A stretch of 64,000 bases of DNA, taken from NCBI GenBank assembly GCA_036172245.1, contig JAYWIR010000031.1, positions 620,001-684,000 on the forward strand, in the 5' to 3' direction. Shown here one piece after another: positions 13,042-23,921 of this stretch. The stretch's first letter is position 1; each line of letters starts with the position of its first letter. The DNA comes from Raillietiella orientalis (Eukaryota). The notes below the pieces were generated by a model. The model was not told the DNA's origin. It ran no database searches and worked only from the letters and a program-made list of their open reading frames with translations. Position numbers and translations under genes: made by a program.

Positions 13042-16000
13042 TTTCCTTACATTTTTTCTTCCCAATAATTCTGCAAATGCGGAGCGATCATCTCCGTTCG
13101 AACGAGTCTTCATTTTCTTGCGATGCAGGATGCTCTGCACAACCTGCGAACTTTCTGTGCCAACTTCTAAGCTCCGAGAAAATCCAATAGTACGTGTTTA
13201 AGTGTCGCAACTGGAATTTCTCATTATGTAGTTAAGCTCTGAAGCGCGCCGTCCAAACACACACTTCTTTTGTGAAATACTGCCGAGCAAGAGCTACTGG
13301 GCCGGCTTCCCTCCTTGCAGAGAGAGGTATGTGTTTCCCGTAAGGAGTCCTGGTCCCGCTTGATCTTGCGAGGCCAGATGAAGATGGCCGGGAAACTTTT
13401 ATTCCCTCTTCAGCTGCTGGTTTGTCCGCGCAGAAGGAGGTGAACTCACCTTAGGACGCGAGGTGTAGCGTTAGAAGCGCATTGTATAGGAAAGTGAATC
13501 GCTCGCAATCATTAGAAGGCAATGAATTTTAGAGTTTCTTGGAGTGAGGACATCCTGCCGGCTTGTGCTCTGCAAAAGTTGAACGCAAGAAGCGAATTTT
13601 ACATCGATGCTTCCGCCCTCAGATGTAAGGAATGTTTCTGTGAGAAGAACTGCAAACCGCTTTACGAACCGACAACTCACTTTGCAGAATTTTTCCTTCT
13701 CAAATCACTCAACTTTTTTTCTGTTTCCATTTTTTAATGTACATCGATAAGTGCGAGAGAATACGAATCAATTATTCCGATGCCTTTCACCATAACAGTT
13801 GACGTATTGATAGCATTTCTATTAATCCTTACTGTATTATGGCATATTACATATTTCTTGATATTCCATACGTTTCTGGCATCTATAAATCACTGTTTAG
13901 TGAAAGTACACTTCCGAAGGTATTAAAAGTGCGTTTAAAATGCCAGGTAGAACACACATCTGCTTGAAAAATGGGGAATTCATTCAATGAGTGCAGCATA
14001 CATTAACAACCATTCTTCATGAAAGTAAATTAGATGTTTTGACGGTCTCATGTATAGGCACTCAGTGCTATAAAAAATGTTTTTCATTGCTTCCTTCACC
14101 TTCAGCTATTCCTTACTTTCGTTTGCCAGCATTTCAGTATTACATAAAAAGAAGCGCCAGCTCACCGTCACAGGGTTCAAAGTGCTCAAAGAGTGCTCCA
14201 CCTTAAAGAGAAAAGTTAAGAGCGCTGCTCCCACTTTGTCCTACTAAATAGCCGAAAATCGATTCCTCTTTCAGCCTGGGTGCTTCAGCTGATCCCTCTG
14301 AGTGGAGTTGGGTTCGCGGCTCCTGGCCATCGAAGAACACGCTCGCGACGGGCTTTGTCATCTCTTTGCCGGAAATCGGTCCGACCATGGTGATGCACGT
14401 TCGCCATCTGCCCGGTTTCGATCTCCGTCTTGTTCCGCCTTGCCAGAATTGTACAGCTCGAGCTGACCGATTACGCTCCATACAAGATCACTTAGGTGGG
14501 AAATGCCAAAGAGACATCGGACGCACTCACAACTGATGAAACAGCATGCAGACCTTCACCCACTTGATGAAGCAATTTCCTTCTTCTGTGTCGGAATCAA
14601 AATTCTGGAACCACAGAGTCTTCGATGTGATGATGTGATTCATGTTTCCAGGCGCTTCTTCCGGAAATGAGAAATGCTATCTGTGCACTTGCGGTTCGCA
14701 TCTCTCGCTTCGGATTTCGGGGTTCGGGGCTCGGACAGCATCACCTCATCTTCAAAGCCCTGCTACCACAATTGGACGTTTGCGGAGTGGTCTGAACGAT
14801 TGATCAGGACCACGAAGTTCGTTTTTGTATTGGGTGTCGATTCTCTTTGAAAATCTATCCCAAACGTTCTCTACCAGCCATTCTATTCTATCAGATTCTG
14901 TTATTCTAAATCTTTCTTAAGATTATTGAAAACTGTTTATGTGTTTGACCTTCTGAACTCTGAAATTACTCCAGAAGGAAGATCAAAAAGGTTGCTTCTC
15001 CATCTGCCTGTGATTTCTAACTAGATCACACGCTGCACAACCATAAAGTTTTATAAGTATCGTAATGAGGTGGTATTTTTTTTTTTTTTGGCTTAAGCTC
15101 ATTGCTCTCCTGGTTAATTCATCATGCATCTATACTCATTCATCATGTATCTTTCGAACACTTTGCTTATGTAGTTCGTTTTTGACTTCTTTTCCATGAA
15201 GCCAAGAGAGTTCCATGGGGTGGTTTAAGAGCATTGTCAGTTTCATTCCGTAACCACCGTGCAATAGGGGGTCACCCTCTTTCCCCAGTTACTTTATGCA
15301 ATGCATTACATTGCATTTCATTGAGCTGCCACAATGGAATCGCGACCTTTTTGACGGCTTACTCTGCTCGCGTCCATGCTGTCTTTCGGCAGCATGGACG
15401 CGAATCTTGAATTCATGAATGAAAAGTTCAGGGAAGCTGATCCACCTGAAGCCTTTTTTTTGAAAGCATCAGAAATTTTACATACTCCTGAGTTTCGTGA
15501 TGATCATACTACGTCACACATCCCAATGAAGTGAGATTTCGTGAGGAACAAACTGCCGAATCCTCCCGAATGCTTCAGTTCGTTTCGATTTCCTGAGGAC
15601 TTCATCTTCCATGACTGTTTTTCCCACTCAGGATGCATCCACCTTTTCCGAAGCCGGAACCCCGCCTTCCTTAAGATCTCGGTCTTCTCGTCCGTGCATT
15701 TTTGTCCTCGTTTTGCTCGCCTATGCTGTCATTTCTCACTGACCACAAGGAGCTTCGAGAATCCGGACTCAAGATGCAACACGCTGAGACTTTCCTTACA
15801 ACCGTCTGTACGTTTTCTCCAGTCCTCTAGGATTGGAAGCAGATTTGATGCTGCTTCCACTACCCAACGATCTCTTCGTTATCGGAGGATCGCATATCCA
15901 CAAGAAGTCCATCGCTACTCCATTCGGTCAGCTAAAGTCGCTGTTCTTAAGGAGATTTTCATTGGGCATTTGCTTTGTTCTCAGCTGCGTCGCTCGAGTG

Positions 16001-16952
16001 ATTCTGACGAATGCAAAGAAACATTAATTTTTATTTATTATACTTTCCTTCCAGCTTTCGTCCCACTCCCACCCCACCCCTTTTTTTTCTCACACCCATC
16101 TCTCTCCTTTTTTTTTTTTATTATGCTCATAATTGTCAAAGCGATCAGGCTTTCTCATTGCACACGAGGAAGACATCAAGTATTCTGGTGAGAGAAAGAT
16201 CCCCATGGGCAGACCTACATCCTGGTTTGTGAGCTCAAAAAAGGAACTGGCAACGCTACTCGGAATGATTCAAGGGAATGAAGGGTGTTTATAAACAGCA
16301 CTATTCACTTGCTGCCTCACTTTTTGAGTTCAAAAGTCTGGCTAAAGTCTCGTCTTCTTTGACGACTGCAGAAGAACAAACAAACGTTTGTTCAAAGAAA
16401 ACATTTCAGTTGCTGCGTTCAAGAGCCTTCCGTCATGTGTTCTTTAAGCAGTCACACAGTGTGGGTTTAGTTATTTGAGCGCAGATCAAGAGATAAATTT
16501 AGTCTTGGAGACCTGTAGAAACCCTCCTCGCAAGAAATCAGTTTCCATTAGGGTAACGAATGCTCAGTGGCAAACCATTCCGAATTTCAGATGGGAGTTT
16601 CAGATCCTTGCCATTATGAGACGTTTTAAAGTCACCTCTGCACAACCACGGACAAGTTCGCGTTCAGAAGGAAGTTGATTTAATTCCTGTGGTTTATGGG
16701 TCGCTCCCGAGTTTGCATTCTCTTCTAAATCTTCGGAGAGGAAACCCGTAAAACCTGTTACTGGAGGCTCGGAGACAGATGAAAAGGATTCTGTTTGGAT
16801 AAATCGCCCATGATTCTGAATGCCATGCAGTATCGCACCACTGCAGACGTGAGCCACCTCAATATCCCGACGCCTTTCATTCTCCTCAAGGTTGATATTT
16901 TTGGTTTCACCAAGCTCCATGGCTTTTCCATCCTTCGAATAACGTAGACACA

Positions 16953-17046
16953 GTGGAGACTTCAAAAGTGATAGAAACGAATCGTCCGCATCACACGACA
17001 TGCATCAGTAAGTGATTCTGAAATGGGATGAGAGAGGCAAGATAAT
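16953..17046 (+). repeat. Local direct repeat containing GTAAGT, copy 1 (copy 2 at 18117-18210)
   Basis: acttcaaaagtgat(a/g)gaaacgaat...atcacacgacatgcatcaGTAAGTgat...atgggatgag...ggcaagataat is present at both sites. Confidence 0.85.
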
Positions 17047-18116
17047 GATCTTCGTGCTTCAGTCAATTTGAAGATCAACTGAAACCAAATCATCAGTATC
17101 AGCGAAATATTCAATCCAGAAAATGGATTTTTTTTTTTTTCTTCAAATGCTAAAGAAAGACCTGAAACAATAGAAAGATACGAAGCTTTGCATCACTGGC
17201 GCTTAAGTTCTTTTTCAAATTCCCATTGGGGAGAAGAGTTTTTCTTTCTGCAATCGAGAAGTACACCTCGGTCGCAGGTGCTCGATAGTGCGTCCTCCCA
17301 CTTGAGGAACTGTGTTTAGTGATTTTCTATAAACTCAGAGCGCGAAGGCAAATAAGCAAAGCACGAGTTAAGACAACTGAAAACTCCCCAAAAGAAATTT
17401 AAACAGCTTTAGCTTGCTGCTTCCTTTCCACAAATTGAAAACGAGGTAGGGCTGATAGGGAAGTGGAACAGCAAAACACGTGCAATGACGTCATCAGGTG
17501 TTCCATTAAATTTTAATTCGATTCCATTTGCATTTATGAACCAGTGATTTATCCAATGCCACGCCAGAGCGTATAGTCAGCTCTATATTCTCTAAAATCC
17601 GTGATGGACCACAAAAATACTCCCCTTTTTGAGATGTTGAGATTCTCCCACTAAAGCTGTTTATAACCAGATCCCTTGATCATCTTTGTATGCCTGCAAG
17701 CACTGACCTTTCTCGCTTTTTGTCTATTTCTTGCACGAGCATTCTTGGAATACTTAAAATTACTTACTCATAAAAGTGGTCCAGTAACGGAGCAAATAAT
17801 CATGCACATCTGTGTTTATCAAACACCACCGCGGTCCTGGTTTTGTATGAGCTCTTGAAAGAGCTCCTGATTTCAATTTTCCAAGTATCTGCGTCCTGCG
17901 CTGTCACCCTCCCTGTCAAAGGATTCGAAAAACGTTTTGCGCACTTCCAAGTTCTCTTTAAGGACGCAATGCAGTTGCCATGCCATCCATTCGACTTGGA
18001 AATCTTTCTGTAATTTCTTTATGCAACCTCAGTGATCTTTATGGATTCGATGACGATTTGCGTCGATCCTTTGCTGAGAGAAGTTGCTCAGAAAAATTTC
18101 AACTCATAAGCATTCT

Positions 18117-18210
18117 GTGGATACTTCAAAAGTGATGGAAACGAATTGTTTGTATCACACGACATGCATCAGTAAGTGATGATGAGATGGGATGAGGAAG
18201 GCAAGATAAT
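18117..18210 (+). repeat. Local direct repeat containing GTAAGT, copy 2
   Basis: See copy 1 at 16953-17046. Confidence 0.85.
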
Positions 18211-18799
18211 TTTCTCATCTTTCTGCTTCTTTCTGAGTGTGGTAAAGTTTTTCAAACAGCTTCTGGAAAGTCTGTTTCCTACCATTCCTACCGTTCGTGA
18301 TTCCAATCAACTGCCTGCAGATATCTGGATTTCGAGATTTCCTTGGAAACCTTTTCATCATCCAGAAGGTGTTTGTGGAGCGCGCATGTATCACAAGCAG
18401 CAAAAAGCTCTTTCTCGTTTTTGCTTACTTTTGCTCCATGAGCAACAGACTCACATCTATAGAGATGAGGATTCTGCAAAGTAGTGCTTCGTTGAGATTT
18501 TGAGGGGTGTCAGACCTTTGATACTGCCCGTCTCGAGGGGAGTGTTGGGTGATGGTACTCAGCAAAAGTCCCTCCCGCTGAAGAATCATCATACAGCTGC
18601 TCACCTTGAGCATGTGCTCTACTTTTGACTTGCCTCCATCATCCAGCAGTGGCCACAAAATAGGGGAAAGCGTTTGTTGCAGGACGATCTTACAGAGTGG
18701 GAGTTCTAAAATAGGCTCCCCATTTGTGCAGCTCAGCTTGTCAGCAACTCTTGGACGGAAGAAACAGTTAACTGAGTACTTCGTTCATTGCTGTCTCGC

Positions 18800-19130
18800 T
18801 GGCTTCGAGGGTCCGGAAGTGTCCTTACGAGTTTCTCTGCAGAGGAGGAGGAAACGAGGAGCGCGTCCTTTCGAGCGAGCGAGTTCCCTCCAGAGAAGAA
18901 ATTCCAGGAGCGGATCCTTTCCGAATTCCCTTCCTAGAAGAAATGAGAAGGGGATCGACCCCTCCCCAGAGAATAAGGAAGAGTTTCCCTTCGGATTCCC
19001 TACCAAGAGTAAGAAAAACGGACTCCTTCCTCTGGAGCCTTCCTGGGTTAATTAGGGTGATCCTGTCCCTTCAGCTAGGGGGATCACCCCCTAACCGAAG
19101 TTACAAGCACCCTCGGGTGGCATAGATGGT
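18800..19130 (+). mobile_element. SINE-like element, 5'-truncated copy (array and tail)
   Basis: Contains gagaagaaattccaggagcggatcctttccg, shared exactly with ~25957 and ~50868, and the tail ttccctaccaaga/cgtaaga...ccttcctggg shared with the other copies. Confidence 0.8.
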
Positions 19131-21699
19131 GTTTAAAGAGCTTTGTGAGCTTCTCCTAAGGAGGCAAACCGTTCTTGAGTACTTAGTAACCTCCCCCCTT
19201 CCCACCCCCGAAAAATAAACAAAAGAAAAAACCAAAAAAAAAAGGAAAAATTCGGGTTCCATTTTTCTAACTGCCACAAACTTTGCAAGTTGTTTTTGAA
19301 GCTCTTCGATACTGAATTATGCTGCAATATGCACGCCAGTTTCGCTTCCTTCAGCCTGTTAACGACAAAGAGGTCTCTCTAAGAACTTCCTTTCCGGCTG
19401 ACGAGCGACGAAAGGAAAAGAAAAAAAAAAGCGAAGAAGAATAAGAGAGCGGAATGAAAACTACGCAGGAGTAGTAACGCATGTTCAAAGGGGAAATGAA
19501 ACAGGAGGGGACCAGCCAAGTAGCTTCGAGCTGCAGGCCAAAGAGCATGTCCAAGCATAGAGTTCCTTAGTATGAGGACATCATGGAACAGTAGAACTCT
19601 TTTATTTTCACTTGATGGCATGGTTTCTTGGCTGCTTGTTAGAGTGCCTGCAATCTCATGCCAGTCATGAGATGCAAATGCATCTGGATAATCTGCTCCA
19701 CTGCGTTGGGATTCCTTTTTTATATAACTGCGTTAATTTTGTCCATAGAGGAAGAAAATTCGATCGAAGCAAGTGTCCAAAGACCCGAAATGCCAAAACC
19801 AAAGACGCTGCTCAAGACCTGATCTTAGAGAAGAACGAATAGTCGTCCTGAGGTCGGGCAAACTCAGTTCAACTGCCAGAAGGGAACAGCTTAGCTTGAG
19901 AACTCGGAAATGAAGAAAAAAGGAAAAACAAAATCATTCAGTGCAGATAATTTGCACATAATCGTACGTTCGAAAATTTTAAACGATGATTGTACAACGC
20001 AAGAGAATCCATTCGAAAATGCATCCTCCTTTGTCTGCTGTAAAGAGTTTGGTGTACATCACGTAGGAAATTATTTTCTTTGGGATTGAAATCGAAAAGA
20101 GGGTGGCTGATTTGAGTTTTTGATTGAAATTTGCTCTTGGATCAACTGAAGATAAAGAAGATAAGCAAATAACTCATCGTTCTGAAGTTATAAAATTCGT
20201 ATACGACTCACTGGCTAACGGGAATCATGAACTTCCATGTACACATAAAGCAATGTTATGTACATAAACATGGAACACCGAAAATGATTGAGTGAACACG
20301 AATCAGTTTACTATGAGTTACTGACATTATGTCCTAAGGATTCCATCGTCTAAAAACATTCCATTACACTGTGCTGCAAAACGTTCCCTGTCCACTGAAT
20401 ATGAAAGTCTCACTGAAATCTCTAGCGGTTTCCAATACTTCCGCGTTTGGAAATTCCATCGAGACAAACCTAGGAGGAATTTTTAGATGTCTCTGCAACT
20501 TCTGTGAATAACAGCGGTGCAGGCAGTAGAGTTTTAACGAGAGCGTAAGTGGGGCAGCTGCGAGCAAACAGTTGCGATGGGAACAGCATGATCGGAACCC
20601 TCCACGTTAATGAGGCTTTTGCCCGAGAATACTTGAGAGAATTAAAGACTGGTCTCCGAGCAACTCAGCAAAGGAACAGAGTTATGAGATGCATGATTTA
20701 GGACCTTGGACAAGATAAGGATGCACTTGTGAAAACTATTTTCACCCTAATTCGTTAGGTATTTCCGTCATATGGAAGTTTCGAGCTCATCTGATACGCA
20801 TTATGTAGCCGCGTTGGCACAGCTAGTCAAGATGATGCTCGAACTCATTAGCAATGCAGTTTTATGTCTGGTGGTATGTTACACTCATTTGATTGCACTA
20901 AAATCTGCCCCATCTACTTTCTAGACAAAATACTTTTCTATTACAGTGTAATACTTGCATTTATCTCGATAAACTGGACGAATGCTCTTTCATTTAGAAA
21001 TCGTTATCGACCTACGAATTGGCTATTATTTCTGTACTTGCTCATCTAATGTAAAGTTTTCTGGGTGAGCTAATGGCTTGGCTTGTGTCCAAGTTTTTTA
21101 ATTTTTATGAGGCATAAAGAAAAGCCACCGCGAACCTCATTAGTTTCTGAAAATTGAAATATTTCCGAAATGGTACATCCGAATCGTAGATTCTGTTCAT
21201 TTCAGCAAGATTGTCAAGTTGTCCCATATTTTACCTCGAAAGAATGCATCTGTTTTCTCTATGCGTTGATCATTTTCAACATTGCCCGTTCCTGCTAATT
21301 GGCCACTTCTGTGTCCAAGTCAGAGGCTTTTCTGGTTTCCATCTGATCCTTTATACTCGAACGAATGCAGTTATCGCTCCGGAGGAATAGCATTCACATT
21401 TTCGAGGAAGTCCTCGTTCTGTTCTGAGGTTCGGCGTTCGAACAGCCACTCCTTGATCTAAAACCTCAATCCAACCAAGGGCGGCTTATTTTGCATTGCT
21501 TTGAAGAAACGGATCGTATCCGGAAGCTTAACCGTGGCAGTTCGTTTACAGTCTTTGTCACTTCTCATCTCGCAGGCAGCCCATGTCACTTCATCTCCCA
21601 TGACTGTCTTTTGTAAGCTCTTCTTGATGTCAGTTTCAACTGATGAATATTTTCTCTCTTCCTGTTCATGATTTAGTCTGATCTATATGAAGACGTCAT

Positions 21700-22486
21700 C
21701 TTAAAGAACAAAGAGTTCTTCGAGTTGTATCTCTGTATGCTATTTTCAAAAGGCATTCAAAATGATGCCGAAAGACGGTTGTGAAAGTGTGCACGTATGA
21801 AAGACTCGGAATGACACTTTGAAGATGTCTACTGTGTTCTTTTTCTCCCATTCACTTGAGTATTCTCATTAAAAATGCTCTAAGGATCCATCACCTTCAG
21901 TTTTGTGGATAATCATTACTTCTTTGATATCCATCCATCTACCCATCAAATGTTGCCCGTTGACTGGGTTCTCGTGCACATTCGTGATAGAAAAGTGTGG
22001 GGGCTTCAGATGGGGCTGCTTCAACTATCACCAGGTAAACGAAGCTGTGTGGAATCGTCTGTGGCCAGTCGTCTGTTCATCGGATAACCTCAGTGTAGTC
22101 TAAACACGATCGCTTCCGAATTCCATTTTATCATCTGCTTGCACACGGGCTCCGGACCAAGAGCACTCTTGGTTCTCGGGATCTCATCTTCCCAAGACGA
22201 CCCTTTTTTTGATTCTATCGTTTGTCCCATTATTGTTCCTTTTATGACACTTGGAACCATGTACCGATCTCGATTCGAATATCCTCTGGATGAATCCAAA
22301 TTTAATTTGATTTGATCCAAATTTGGAAAATCGAAAATGCCAGTATGATCTTTTAAGCATCTACGAAACAAATGCGGTTGTGACATCGTTGGGAACACCA
22401 CAGAGGAGGTGGCAGTGAACCACAAGCTCGGAATTACGGCACAGATGAGAAAGAAATGAAGCATACGAATCATCCGCTCAGCATAC
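21700..22486 (-). pseudogene. Degenerate secreted cystine-knot (neurotrophin/Spaetzle-like) precursor
   Basis: TTTTCAG acceptor just upstream. ORF 22473..22090 has a signal-peptide-like start (MLHFFLICAVIPSLWFTATSS), a pro-region, RTKS, then EPVCKQMIKW. Frameshifted pieces follow in order: VYLVIV..TLFYHEC (21975-21992) and SSKCHSESFIRA (~21790-21828). These resemble the NGF-family SVCDSxxxW, QYFYETKC and SQCxTxQSYVRA motifs. Confidence 0.35.
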
Positions 22487-23821
22487 TGAAAATGGACTTG
22501 GCAAACCTTTTTTTAGCATCTATGAGATCACTGGCAGGAAATCGGTTGACAATTTGCTTTACATCATTGCCAGAAAAGTCCAGTAAAGTTGTTCCGTCAG
22601 TTCTTGCAGGATAATTGATGAGAGTCAATGTGTTGAAGCATTGGGAGCATTGGACGGAAACTGTGCGCTTACTCCTTTAGCCGAGATGTTCGGCGCCAGC
22701 AGAATATTGCCAGCACAACCCTAAACTGCACCTTTCAAATGAAACTGTGGAAAGCACCTCTGAATGCGTAATCGCCAGAAACAAGATGCATGTATGCATG
22801 CTGCGTTTCTTAGCTTTTATAGGATCCTACCACCAAAGTAGAGGAAAGGACTTGTTCAATTATGTTGTTTTCTCATACATTCCAGAGATCAGGTTTGTGG
22901 AAAATGAGGAAAATGAGGTGCCTTCTCCTACCATCCACGTACTCGAAGATTTGCTTTTTTCGTAGAAGAGATGACCAGCAAAACGGATTCAACTGATTCC
23001 CAGGCAAAGCGGAATCTCGTGATTCATGAAAAGTTTGGTCCAAAGCACCTCCTGAGTAATGTTCTGAATTCCATTCACGGAACTCACCAAAGGCTCTCCA
23101 AGCAGTTCGCCAAAGAATGAGTTCAATGGGAAATTGGTGTTCAGATGAATTTTGGTCCAGAATAGAAAACTCCATGTTTCGTGCTGGAATGCCATTTAAA
23201 ATTTGGGGAAAATTTTTCCCGAGGATTCCAGTCTGGCTGTCTGGATGGCCTCTCCTTATTTTATCCCGTCTTCCTTATTCCTATTCCCAGCCCAGCCTTC
23301 TTCAACATGTTTCTGTTGCTATCTTTCAGATTCGTTGGTCAATTTGAACTTGAAAAAACAGAATCTTTTGAGTTAGCTGAATTTCTTTGGCAATCTGGCT
23401 TTCGGATCCAACTGATCGAAAGACACGGCATCAGCTTTGTATCTTTTATTTCTCGTTGCGTTTATAGAATTCTCACTGTGCTTAAAAAATCAATTTTAAA
23501 AGAAAATAAATTAAAAAAGGGGGGGGGATCCTTTACTAAACCATCTCTTCTTCCTCAGTTTTATTGCTTGCATCGGAATTACAAAGATGTACCTCGAAAA
23601 CTTCCAAACACAAAAGCCAAAAGTGTGCCGAAAATCAGAAGTGCATCGTGATAGAGTTAAACAGATGCTATCACAACGTGAATTATTCCACTAAGATTTA
23701 TGGCACGCTGAAGTCCGTGTAACAGCAATTGTCAGATGTTGCAATGAAAGTTTGGCTTTTCTTTCCCTACTGGAACGTAATTCACAAGTGTGTTGAACAT
23801 GTTTGTGCTTCTCCACGCATT

Positions 23822-23921
23822 GGCGGCCGTGTGGCTGGGGTCCTCGTGCGTGGCACCAAGAGTCCTGAGTTTCGAGTCCCACCGCAGGATGATCCTGGTT
23901 GGCTTCGGTGAGGAGGCACTG
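23822..23921 (+). mobile_element. SINE-like element copy A, tRNA-like head (5' part, interrupted by LINE)
   Basis: ggccgtgtggctgggg (A-box-like), gtttcgagtcc (B-box-like, 23869-23879), then cgcaggatgatcctggttggctt..ggcactg, homologous to ~42310-42352 and ~50540. Confidence 0.75.

Noticed and set aside
14755..14850. GH30-like C-terminal motif (TPNTKTNFVVLINRSD) on the minus strand
   Set aside because: Too short, has an in-frame stop, and no supporting segments.
22975..23175. LRR C-terminal-like fragment (NGIQNITQEVL..LPGNQLNPFC)
   Set aside because: Needs frameshifts, and no repeated LxxLxLxxN units were found.
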